The notes under the pieces are model-generated. The model ran no database searches. It saw only the letters and a list, made by a program, of their open reading frames with translations, and was not told where the DNA came from. Of a stretch of DNA of 64,000 nucleotides, positions 37,217 through 50,429 are shown in pieces; within the stretch, counting starts at the first letter, position 1; each line of letters begins with the position of its first letter. Both the position numbers and the translations under genes were made by a program. Origin of the DNA: the human T2T-CHM13v2.0 reference genome, Homo sapiens. The stretch lies in the NCBI RefSeq assembly GCF_009914755.1, contig NC_060925.1; one strand, written 5' to 3'.

Positions 37217-37499
37217 TTTTCTGCCTCAGGTTTAAAAAAAAGAAAAAAAAAGGGAATAAAGCAGTCATTCAAATCCTGGGCAATTGCACTCTCCTGACTA
37301 AATAGAAAGGAAAAAAAGAAAGACTTATCTATGCTGATGCTATTTATTAGACTTCTTGTTGTCTTAATAAATCACTGTCTTTAAATTGTTTATTTATTCC
37401 AATGATCAGGTGTGAGGTGGGTTGTTTCTGAGGACTTTCAAATCATTATTAAGTCTTACACTTCAGCTCCACGATAGGAGGTAGCAACATAAAACAAAG

Positions 37500-38050
37500 A
37501 AAAAATACTGAAAATACATTGCAAATAAAACTGACTTATTTTATATAGGCATAAACCATTTATGAGTGGCATAGGACAAGGTTTGGTGATACAAGCACAC
37601 TGAATTGTTAACAGTGGTTACCTATGAAAAGAAGATCGGCATTGGAAGCAAGGGTATGGGGTGAGGGTGGGCATTTTCCCTCGTTACTGTATACATATGC
37701 ATTGTTTAAAATTTTAACAGAGACTGTATTATAATCTTACCACTTCTCATCTCATCTCTTGCTACCATTTCCTTTCAGGCCATTATTACCCCTCACTAAC
37801 CTCCTACCTGCTTTCCCTGCATCCTTCTTGATCTCCTACCGCTTTCCCTCCAGAGAAATCTTCATAGAACAGTCAGGGTAATTCTTCTTAAATATGATTC
37901 ACAGCATGGCTTTCCCCCTGTCAAAGCCAGCCAATGGCTCCCCATCATATTTAGAATAAAACCCAGTCTCCTTTGTTCCCCAAATTCCCCCCAGATAATA
38001 ATGCCTGGCCCTCAATAGGTGCTTTTGTAATGAGTATTTTAATGAATACC
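37500..38050 (+). mobile_element. L1ME 3'UTR fragment then L2 fragment
   Basis: TGTTAACAGTGGTTACCT (L1ME); CAATGGCTCCCCATCATATTTAGAATAAAACCC...AATGCCTGGC..CAATAGGTGCT (L2). Confidence 0.6.
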
Positions 38051-38389
38051 AAATAGATAAACAAGACTGTACTAAGGTATTATCTTAACAGTCTTTAAAA
38101 GAAAAAGTAATGAAATTGGAACAATAGTGAAAACTCGTTGCTAAATAGCAGTTCAACTTGAGTGAATTCACTTTACCTTTCTGGATCTTATTTGTCACAT
38201 GGACTAAATAATGATCCTAGGTCTAAAGTTTTAATGGGCCAAGGTCTCAAGTTGTTACCCATAGACACAGACATAAACACACACTCACACACGTGCCAGC
38301 TGTGTGCTTATTATAGATGAAATCCTATCTTAAGCTGTTTTCTGATGACATTGCACTATACAAATGACAGAACTCTGATAAATATAGGT

Positions 38390-38620
38390 GACATTATTGA
38401 GCATTTGCTAAGTGCCAGCACTGTGTTAAGCATTTATAAATTTATTTAGAGCTTAAGATATATTTACTCATTTATGCTTCAAATAACCATTGATGTAGGT
38501 GCTATGAGTAATTTACAGATTAAGAAAATGAGACATAAATTAAATATCATTCCCAAAGTCATATAGTTAGTAGGTGACACATTGGGATACAAACCTCTTC
38601 TGTCTGGTTGCCTCAGCCCA
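38390..38620 (-). mobile_element. MIR
   Basis: TTATTGAGCATTTGCTAAGTGCCAGCACTGTGTTAAGCATTT...TTTACAGATTAAGAAAATGAGAC. Confidence 0.75.
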
Positions 38621-38839
38621 AGTTACCCCAGACCAGTGACAGTCACCAGATGACTGCCAGATGCTGATTAGCTTTGTCTCACCAGTGTCCACCTGACACT
38701 AGGAATGGACACATCTTCCCAAGTTATACAAGAGATGGATGGATATGTGTACAAAACTGGGCTTCTGTTATAAAGAAAAAAGAGGAAAATGAATGGTATA
38801 TGTGCAAACAGTAGTGTTTCTTAGAAAATGAAAACTTGT

Positions 38840-39110
38840 TAACATCATAAATATCCACCAGTAACAGAGGGAAAGTTAAGTAAATGATTCCATATCATAA
38901 AGATAAAATAGGATGAAGCCACTGAAAATGATAACATTGAACAACAAGAAAAATGCAGAGATACAGAAATGCAAAGAGAAAAATCAGAAAGCACTATAAT
39001 TATAATTATGCGAAATTGTACATGCATATAGACAAAGAATGAGAAAAAATGTGTGTTTACTTTTTATTTTTAGACTTCTATTATTCCTGATTTATTATTG
39101 TTTGTATAGC
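38840..39110 (+). mobile_element. L1ME 3'UTR fragment
   Basis: AAATATCCACCAGTAACAGAGGGAAAGTTAAGTAAATGATTCCATATC. Confidence 0.5.
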
Positions 39111-39146
39111 AAAGAAGAAGAAATCCAGTAATCAACATGAATTTTC

Positions 39147-39614
39147 ATAGCAAAGACTTGGAACCAACCCAAATGTCCAACAATGATAGACTGGATTAAG
39201 AAAATGTGGCACATATACACCATGGAATACTATGCAGCCATAAAAAATGATGAGTTCGTGTCCTTTGTAGGGACATGGATGAAATTGGAAATCATCATTC
39301 TCAGTAAACTATCACAAGAACAAAAAACCAAACACGGCATATTCTCACTCATAGGTGGGAATTGAACAATGAGATCACATGGACACAGGAAGGGGAATAT
39401 TACACTCTGGGGACTGTGGTGGGGTGGGGGGAGGGGGGAGGGATAGCATTGGGAGATATACCTAATGCTAGATGACGAGTTAGTGGGTGCAGCACACCAG
39501 CATGGCACATGTATACATATGTAACTAACCTGCACAATGTGCACATGTACCCTAAAACTTAAAGTATAATAAAAAAAATAAATAAATAAAAAATAAATAA
39601 ATAAAAAAATAAAA
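39147..39614 (+). mobile_element. L1PA2 3' end (424 bp plus A-rich tail), 5'-truncated
   Basis: Near-identical to young L1 3' end; GAG (not ACA) in GATGACGAGTTAG, GAGATCACATGG, TTGGGAGATATA, CACAATGTGC, AAAGTATAAT. Confidence 0.9.
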
Positions 39615-41903
39615 CAAGAGGACCAAGAAAAAAAAAAAAAAGAAAGCAAAAAAGGAGCAGGAGTAGCTATACTTCCATCAGAAAAAATAGATTTCAAGAC
39701 AAAAATTAAGAAGAGACAAAGAAGGTCATTATGTAATGATAAAGGGGTCAATTCAGCAAGAGGATATAATGATTATAAATACATATGCACCCAACACTGG
39801 AGCACCCAGATATAATAAAGTAAATATTATTAGAGCTAAAGAGAGAGATAGACCCAAGCACAGTGACGGCTAGAGATTTCAATACCCTACTTTCGGCATT
39901 GGACAGATCACCCAGACACAAAATCAACAAAAAAAATCATCAAATTTAATCTGTACTATAGAACAAATGGACCTAGTAGATATTTACAGAACATTTCATC
40001 CAACACCTGTAGAATACACATTTTTCTCTTCAGCATATGGATCATTCTCAAGGATAGATCATATGTTAGGTCACAAAACAAGTCTTAAAATATTCAAAAA
40101 ATTGAAACAGTATCAAGTATCTTCTCTGACCACAATGGAATAAAACTACAAATCAATAACAAGAGGAATTTTGCAAACTATACGAACACATACAAATTAA
40201 ACAATATGCTCTTGAGTGACCAGTGGGTCAATGAAGAAACTAAAAAGGAAACTGAAAATGTTCTTGAAACTAATAATAATAAAAATACAACATACTAAAA
40301 CCTATGGGGTCACAGTGAAAGCAGTACTAAGAGGGAAATTTATAGCTATAAGTGCCTACATCAAAAAACAAGAAAAATGTCAAATAAATAATGTAATGAC
40401 ATATATTAAAGCACTAGAAAAACAAGAGCAAACCCAACCCAAAATTAGTAGAAGAAACAATAAAGATCAGAGCAGAAATAAATGAAATTGAATGAAAAAA
40501 CCATACAAAAGATTAAAGAAATGAAAAGTTGGTTTTTTTGAAAAGATATATAAAACTGACACACCTGTAGCCAGACTAAGAAAAAAAGAGAGAAGATCCA
40601 AATAAACAAACTCAGAGATGAAAAAGGAGACATTACAACTGATACCACAGAAAATCAAAGGATCATTAGTGACTGCTATGAGCAACTGTATACCAATAAA
40701 TCAGAAAATCTAGAGAAAATGGATAAATTCCTAGACACATACAACCTACCAAGATTGAAAAATGAAGGAATCCAAAACCTGAACACACCAATAACAAGTA
40801 ACAAGACTGAAGCCATAATAAAAAAATCTCCCAGTAAAGAAAAATCACTAGCATCTCTATATGCAAACAGTGAACAATCTGAAAAAGAAATTTTAAAATC
40901 CCATTTATAATAGCAACAAATAAAATTAACTACCTAGGAATTAAGTTAACCAAAGAAATGAAAGAGCTCTACAATGACAACCATAAAACATTAATGAAAG
41001 AAATTGAAGAGGACACAAAAAAATGGGAAGATACAACATGTTCATGGATTGCAAGAATCAATATTGTTAAAATGTCCATACTACCTAAGGCAATCTACAG
41101 ATTTGATACAATCTCTATCAAAATACCAATGACATTCTTTACAGAAATAGAAAAGTAATCCTAACATTTATATGGAACCACAGAAGACCCAGAACAGTCA
41201 AAGCTATTCTGAGCAAAAAGAACAAAACTGGAGGAATCACATTATTTGACTTCAAATTATACTACTATTATAGTAACCCAAACAGCATGGCATAAAAACA
41301 GACACATAGACCTATGGAACAGAACAGAGAACCCAGAAACAAATCCACATATCTACAGTGAACTCATTATCGGCAAAGGTGCCAAGAACACACATTGGGG
41401 AAAAGACAATCTCTTCAATAAATAGTGCTAGGAAAACTAGACATCCATACACAGAAGAACAAAACTAGACCCCTATCTCTTGCCATATACAAAAATCAAT
41501 CAAAATGGATTAAAAACTCAAATCTAAGACCTCAAACTATGAAACTAATACAATAAAACATTGGAAAAACTCTCCAAAACATTGGAGTGGGCAAAAATTT
41601 CTTGAGTAATAATACCCCATGAGCACAGACACCCAAAGCAAAATGGACAAATGGGATCATATAAAGTTAAAAAGCTCCTGCACAGCAAAGAAAACAATCA
41701 ACAACATAAAGAGACAACTCAAAGAGTGGGAGAAAATATTTGCAAACTACTCATCTGAAAAGGGATTAATAACCAGAATATTCAAGTAGCTCAAATAACT
41801 CTTATAATCTTATAATTCGATTAAAAATGGGCAAAAGATCTGAATAGCCATTTCTCAAAAGAAGATATACAAATGACGAACAGGCTTATGAAAAGGTGCT
41901 CAA

Positions 41904-42492
<589 letters not shown>

Positions 42493-42943
42493 AAAATCAC
42501 TGATCATCAGAAAAATGCAAATCAAAATGACAGTGAAATATTATCTCACCCAATTAAAATGGCTTTTAATCAAGACAGGCAGTAACAAATGCTGGCAAGG
42601 ATGTGGAGAAAAGGGAACCCTTGTACACTGTTGGTGGGAATGTAAATTAGTACAACCACTATGGAAAACAGGTTGGAGGTTCCTCAAAAAAAACTAAAAT
42701 TAGAGCTACCATATGATCCAAAAATTCCCTGCTGGGTACACGCCCAAAAGAAAGGAAATCAGTAAATCAAAACAGTATCTGCACTCCCATGTTTCTCGCA
42801 GCACTGTTCACAATAGCCAAGAATTGGAAGCAACCTAAGTATCCATCAACCAATGAACGGATAAAGAAAATGTGGTATATATACAATATGGAGTACTATT
42901 CAGCCATAAAAAGAAGAATGAGATTCTGTCATTTGCAACAACA

Positions 42944-43125
42944 TGGATGGAAATGGAGGTCATTATGTTAAGTGAAATAAGCCAGGCACGGAAAGACAAA
43001 CTTTGAATGTTCTCACTTATTTGTGGGAGCTTATTTGTGGATGGAAATGGAGGTCATTATATTAAGTGAAATAAGCCAGGCATGGAAAGACAAACTTTGA
43101 ATGTTCTCACTTAATTGTGGGAGCT
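42944..43125 (+). repeat. 88-bp tandem duplication in L1MA3 (6-bp linker)
   Basis: 42944-43031 vs 43038-43125, 85/88 identical. Confidence 0.95.
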
Positions 43126-44598
43126 GAAAATTAAAACAAATGAACTGATGGAGATAGACAGTAGAAGGATGGTTTCCAGAGGCTGGGAAGAGTAGTTGAT
43201 AGGGAAGTAGAGATAGTTAGTGGGTACAAAAAGTAGTTAGAAAGAATGAATAAGACCTAGTATTTGATAGCACAACAGGGTGACTATAGTCAATAGTAAT
43301 TTAATTGTACATTTAGAAATAAATTTAAAAGTATAATTGGATTGTCTGTAACACAAAGGATAAACATTTGGGGAGGAATACCCCATTTACCCTGATATGA
43401 TTATTATGCATTGCATGCCTGTATCAAAGTGTCTCATGTACTCCATAAATATATGCACCTACTACGTGCCCACAAAAATTAAAAATTAAAAAAAGAATCT
43501 AATGGAAAAAAAAAACATGAATTTTCCTGAAAATCTACTCTAGACAAATGATCTAAATATAATACAGCCTTAGCAATAGCCTAAGGAAAAATGTAAAGAA
43601 TTTTTATCACATACTGAAAACACTGATCCTAACAAAAAGCATGTGATTTGTTATATTCCTTTTAATCTTCCCTACCTATCATTTTCTTAGAGCGGAACTT
43701 TTCCTTTAATACATATCATTGCCCTCAATTCCAAAGTCTGTGTCTCATTATGCATTTATCTCAAAATTTAATGTTTTTTCTAGTTGAAACCATCCAACAG
43801 CTTTTCTCCTGAATTCTATGCCTCATTAGCAATCCTATGTATGAGATATTTCATATTCATAGAGTTTATCATTAATGAAGTACTATGAATTTCCAAATAT
43901 TTTATAGCAATTAAAACTAGATTAAAAGATCACAGGTAATAGTGTTTGACCAGGGTGAAAGGAATAGAAGAAAGTAAGTGGTTTTGGGGTGCAGAACACA
44001 GATGTAAAATTACTTTCCTGGCATTATAGCCTATAAATTGTAAAATTTTAATTTTAAAAAATTAAAATCTTCACTAATTTTTTAAAAATTAAAATGACAT
44101 GAATTTCCCCATAACTGTTAAATTAGATGTGGGTATAGGTGTATGTGTATAGGTGATATGTACGTATCAAGTTGTAAATGTTATTTTTGTCTATATGTGG
44201 GTGTCCCACATGCATATCTATCAGGATTTCAATTGATTTAGCTTGGTACTTGGTTGCCATTCTCTCTCTCCAAAACTTAAAATTCAAAACACAATCAGTA
44301 ATGTCCAGTATTATCTATACACTGATCAGGGTTTAATTTGAATCATATCGATATCAGACAAGTCTTTTCAACTGTACACTGTTTGGCCCAAATGATTCTA
44401 AACCTTTCAATATTGTTGGTAACAAAATGGTGAGAGGGTCAAAAAACATTCAACTGGATTTGAAAGAGAAATTCTCCTAACCAGAGAAAGCAAATGTTCA
44501 CATCTCCAATTCAACCATTTGCAAAATAGAGTCAATAAAATTAGTCTTTAACAAAATAAAAACAAGTATTTAAGGAAAAATTTGCCAAAATAATTTTA

Positions 44599-44768
44599 AA
44601 ATTATGTATTTTATATATTAAATATATATTAAATATACTAATTAGATATATCATTAATATAGTATATATTTAATATTTATAAATTATATATTTTATATAT
44701 TAAATATATAATATTTGAAATACACTAATTATATATAACATTATTATATATTTAATATTTATAAATTA
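44599..44768. repeat. AT-rich 82-bp tandem duplication
   Basis: AAATTAT.TATTTTATATATTAAATATATA...TATATATTTAATATTTAT at 44599 and 44681. Confidence 0.8.
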
Positions 44769-44769
44769 C

Positions 44770-46290
44770 AGAAGCAATAAATTTAAGTCCTATAAAAAGA
44801 AAAATTTAAGTCAATACAAGAAATAAACAACAGAATTAAACTCCCAAAGATTTTATCATGGATAATCACTATAAAACATAAAATAAATATAGTTAAAATA
44901 TTTTTAAAACAAAGATCTCTTCAAAAGCACAGAAAGACAAATTCCACATGGTCTTACTCACATGTAGAATCTAAACATGTTGATCTCATAGAAGTAGAGA
45001 GTAGAACAGTGGTTACCAGTAGAATAGTGTGGTTGTGGGGGGATGGAGAGAGGTTGGTCAATGGGTACAAAGTTATGGTTAGAAGGAATAAGTTCTGGTG
45101 TTCTATTGCAGAGTATAGTTAATAATCATGTATAATTTAAAATAGCTAGAAGAGAGGGTTTTGAATGGTCTCACTGCAAAGAAATGATAAATGTATGAGG
45201 TGATGGATATCCTAATTACTTTGATATATTACACAATGTATCCATGTATCAAAACAATACACTGTAATCCATAAACTTGTACAATTATTATATGTTAATT
45301 AAAAACAAAATAAAACTTTCAAAAATACATAGGTTTATGACATTACTTAGAACACCATATAGGTTACGTGGGGTGGGGGAAAGGGGGCAGGCAGTAAAAC
45401 AAAATGTAAAAAAAAAAATTATTATCACTGAAATTTAAAATTCGGTGAATCGATTACACAGCCAATTGCATACAACTAAGAAAGGAAGCAAGGTCTTGAA
45501 AATCAATCTAAATACTAACCCAGAGAACTAGAGACAAAAAGAGTTAAATATAAATAAGAAGTTAATAGACTTGGAGGATAGAACATTATATCTAACTGAG
45601 ATAAGAGAAACAGAATAGAATAAAGGGGCTTTATGAAAAAATATAACTGATAATTCAGATTGAAAAATCACAGTAAATAACAAGAAGAATAAAGAAAAAA
45701 ACCACACCTAGACAAATCAGGGTGAAACTTCAGAATTGCAAGGACACAAAAGAGAGATTATTAAAGCCCAAAGGTATAACAAATTGACAACAATAGAAGC
45801 CTAAGGACCATAAAAACATCTTTATACTATTGAAATACAATAGCATAAAATTGCATAACCAGCCAAATTATGATTTAAAAACAAGGATAAAATAAACATT
45901 TTTTATTTAATCAACATCTCTAAAGATTTACTTTCAACAGATCTCCCTAAATTAAGTTGCAAAGAAGTACTTCAGAAAAATTGAAAATGTTTTGAGACAG
46001 AATACTTGGGAAGCAAGAAGAAATAAAGCAAAGAAATTAATAATAGTAGATAAGATGGGAAATTGTTGACTATTTAAAACAATAATACATCAGCTAATTG
46101 TGGAGTCTAAAAGAAAGTAGAATTAATACTCAAAACAAAAATGTATGCCAAACAATTGGGGCTCAATGAAGTTTAAGAGTTTAAATATCTTATACTGTCC
46201 ATGAAGAAAGCAGGAAAAAGTATTAACTTCAGATATTGTCAACATTTACATACATACTATTAAAAAATACAAGAATAAGCACTTTGATAG
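44770..46290 (+). mobile_element. Old L1M ORF1-region fragment containing an L1MA6/7-like 3' end (~44925-45320)
   Basis: ACCACACCTAGACA...GTGAAACTTCAGAA (ORF1); GATCTCATAGAAGTAGAGAGTAGAACAGTGGTTACCAG...AAAATAGCTAGAAGAGAGG (L1MA). Confidence 0.7.
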
Positions 46291-46470
46291 ACCAATTACA
46301 TGGTAGGTTCATTGACAGTTCTTAATTTCACATGACTCCTTGAATTCATTACTTTGATAATCTTCTCCCACACTTACTTTGTGCTTGCCATATTACTTTT
46401 TTTGGCCAGTAGGACAATGGCAAATTTGATGAAAATAGAGCCTTTTAAAAGTTACTTGAGTGTTTCTTAT

Positions 46471-46712
46471 ACTTCTTCTTGTCCCTTCTCCTCCCCCCGC
46501 CTGTTCTTCTTCCTCTTCCTCCTCCTTTCTTCCTCCTCCTCCTCTTCTTCTTCCTCCTCCTTCCCTCCTCCTTCTCCTTCTTCTTCTTCTCCTTCCTCCT
46601 CCTCCTTCTCCTTGTTCTCCTTGTCCTTCCTCCTCTCCTTCCTCCTCCTCCTCTTCCTTCTCCTCCTCCTCTTCTTCTTCTTCTCTTATCTCACTCTCTT
46701 CCTTTCACTTCT
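46471..46712. repeat. Polypyrimidine (TCC/TTC)n tract
   Basis: Direct read. Confidence 0.95.
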
Positions 46713-46950
46713 CTGCAATTGCTATGAGAACATGCATGAGTGAGCCTGAAAATATGCCTAGACTAGCTTGCTGGATATAAGATACATCGAGAAGAACAAA
46801 TGTATTTCAGGGGAAATCCTACACCTGTCAGCTCCTTTCCTCTCTCTTCCAAACAATCTGCCTGTTGACCATAGAAGGATTAGCAAAACTAGCTGAGACT
46901 GGCTCAAATCAGCAAATCACTCTGCTTGCTAGAATCATAAAAAAAAATAA

Positions 46951-47166
46951 TGTGTCAATAGTAACTTAATTGTATATTTTAAAATAACTTAAAGAAGGTA
47001 ACTGGATTGTAACTCAAAGGATAAATGCTTGAGGGGATGGATATACTATTCTCCATGATGTGCTTATTTCACATTGCATGCCTGTATCAAAATATCTCAT
47101 GTACTTCATAAATATATATACTTACTATATACCCACAGAAATTAAAAATAATAAATAATAATAAAA
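46951..47166 (+). mobile_element. L1MA2-like 3' end
   Basis: AACTCAAAGGATAAATGCTTGAGGGGATGG...CTCCATGATGTGCTTATTTCACATTGCATGCC. Confidence 0.85.
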
Positions 47167-47506
47167 GTGTGTTACTTTCATCCACTAAAATTTGGTATAG
47201 TTTGTTATACAGCAAAAGCTAAGTGATACAACCACAAAAGAGAAAACACTTTCCAAACTAATAGAGAAAAAAAATTGCTCCTAAAAAATCAATTTCTGTG
47301 AGACAATATCAGAAGTTGTAATGTACATGTAATCTAAAAGAAAAACATTGAAAGGGGTCAAACAAATATTTGAAGTCACAGTGACTGAGAACTTTTCAAA
47401 ATTAATGACAGAAAACCACAGATCTGGGAAGCTCAGAGAACACCAAGCAGGATGAATACCAAAAATATCACAGCTAGTCATATCATATTCAAACTTCAGA
47501 AAATTT

Positions 47507-47565
47507 AAAAAAGAGAGAAAGAAAAGAAAAGGAAGGAAGGAAGGAAGGGAAAGAAAGAGAGAGAG

Positions 47566-47636
<71 letters not shown>

Positions 47637-47773
47637 GGGAAGGAAGGAAGGAAGGAAGGAAGGAAGGAAAGGAAGGAAGGAAGGAAGGAAGGGAGAAAGA
47701 GAGAGAGAAAGAGAGAAGGAAGGAAGGAAGGGAAGGAAGGGAAGGAAGGGAAGGAAGGGAAGGAAGGAAAGGA
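47507..47773. repeat. Polypurine (GAAA)n/(GGAA)n/(GGGAA)n compound repeat
   Basis: Direct read; 8 consecutive GGAA at 47638-47669 plus 5 at 47671-47690. Confidence 0.95.
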
Positions 47774-47792
47774 ATCATAAAAGCCAGAGTGG

Positions 47793-48064
47793 GGCCAGGA
47801 ACGGTGCCTCACACCTGTATCCCAGCACTTTGGGAGGCCGAGGCAGGCGGATCACTTGAAGTCAGCAGTTTGAGACCAGCCTGTCCAACATGGTCTCTAC
47901 TAAAAATACAAAAAAAATAGCCAGGCGTGGTAGCGGGTACCTGTAATCCCAGCTCAGGAGGTTGAGGCAGGAGAATCGCTTGAACCTGGGAGGCGGAGGT
48001 TGCAGCAAGCCAAGATTGTGCCACTGCATTCCAGCCTGGGGGATAGAGCCAGACTCTGTCTAAA

Positions 48065-48112
<48 letters not shown>

Positions 48113-48113
48113 T
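47793..48113 (+). mobile_element. AluS (Sx/Sz-like) with (AAT)n tail
   Basis: Two arms, small internal deletions, (AAT)n ~48065-48107. Confidence 0.92.
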
Positions 48114-48189
48114 AAGAAAAGAAGAAGTCAGAGAGATTAAGGGTGCAGGGGGACACCAACTATCTATAGAAGAATACACGTAAGAATTA

Positions 48190-48599
<410 letters not shown>

Positions 48600-49871
48600 T
48601 TATTTCTAGATATCTTAAATCTAAAAATCGTCTTTCAAATGTGGAGGAGAAACCAAGACTTTCTCAGACAAACAAAAATTGGGTGAATTTATTGCCATCA
48701 AATCTTCCCTGTGAGAAATGTTACAAGAAGTTCTTTAGGCAGAAGAAAAATGATATAGGTCGGAAACTTGAATCTACATAAAGAAAGAGGAAAAATAAAC
48801 TATTCAACTTACAGAATCCATCAATTTTCTTATTCTAAATTGATCTAAAAGATAAATATTTGTTTAAAGTAATTACAGTAACAATGTATTAGGTCATTAT
48901 TAGCAAATGGATAAGTGAAATGTAAAAGAGCAATATTATAAGAAGTAGCAGGGAGGAACTGACACTGTTTAGTTATAAGATAGGTGCCCTATACATGAAG
49001 TAGTGTACTGTTATTTGAAGATAGACTTAGATTAGCTAAAAGTATATTATAAACTTTAGGACAAGCATCACTTTTTTTCAAAGAAGTATAATATTGTATA
49101 AATAGATAAAATTAATAAAGTACATAATAAAAAGAGAAGATTAAAAGGAGGAAGATAAAAAAACAAGGAGTGAGTGAATAAAAAATAGTTACAAACATGT
49201 TTGATATAAACCCAAGCTAATAGCAATATATCATGCTAACAGTAATCAAAGAACGCTGGAATAGCTATACTAATTTAAGACAAAGCAAACTTTGGACCAG
49301 GGAAGATTGTTGTAGATAAAGAAGGGTACCACATGATGATAAAGCAATCAATTCTCTAAGAAGAAATAAGAATCTTAATATGTATGCACCTAACAAGACC
49401 ACAATAAAATACCTTAGGCAAAAACTGGTAGAACTAAAAAGAGAAATTAGACAAATCCACTAATATAGTTGGAGACTTCGCACACCCTTGTCAGTTTTGA
49501 CAGCTCAAGCAATTGAAATATCAGTAAGGATATAGAAGACCTGAATAGCACTATTAGATAATTTGATCTAAATATCACTTATAGAATATTCCATCCAAGA
49601 ACAACAGAATACACATCATTTTCAAGTTCACAGAAAATATTTCCAAGACAGACCACATTCTTGGCCATAAAACACAACAAATTTAGAAGAAGAAAAATCA
49701 CTCCAAATGCATTATCAGGCCACAATGAAATTAAATAATCAGTAACAGAAAAATAGAGGGAAATATCCAAATATTTGAAGATTAAACAAAATACTTTTAA
49801 ATAATGTGTCAATGAAGAAGTCTCAAGGAAAACTAAGAAACATTTTATACTGAGAACGTAAATTAGAATAA

Positions 49872-50281
<410 letters not shown>

Positions 50282-50429
50282 TACTCTAAGGTTTTTACCC
50301 AACTGATTTGAAAGCTTTGGTTGACACAAAAATTTGCATGGAGATGTACATAAATGTTGTACTCACATGTAAATTATATCTAAATAAATTTAATTTTAAA
50401 AATTACTATATAAAAATTAACTTTATTCC

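Larger units (their letters stand above)
46298..47230 (+). mobile_element. MLT1H-like MaLR LTR with internal (TCC/TTC)n and L1MA2 insertion
   Basis: TTTGGCCAGTAGGAC..., CTAGACTAGCTTGCTGGA, ends TTTGTTATACAGCAAAAGCTAAGTGATACA. Confidence 0.65.

Noticed and set aside
39409-39443. G-quadruplex motif
   Set aside because: Standard feature of the L1PA 3'UTR
44096-44108. GACATGAATTTCC resembling the TSD
   Set aside because: Imperfect, not at an element boundary; chance match in AT-rich DNA
46354-47812. Long Ser/Leu/Pro/Phe-rich ORFs
   Set aside because: Artefacts of low-complexity tracts that lack stop codons
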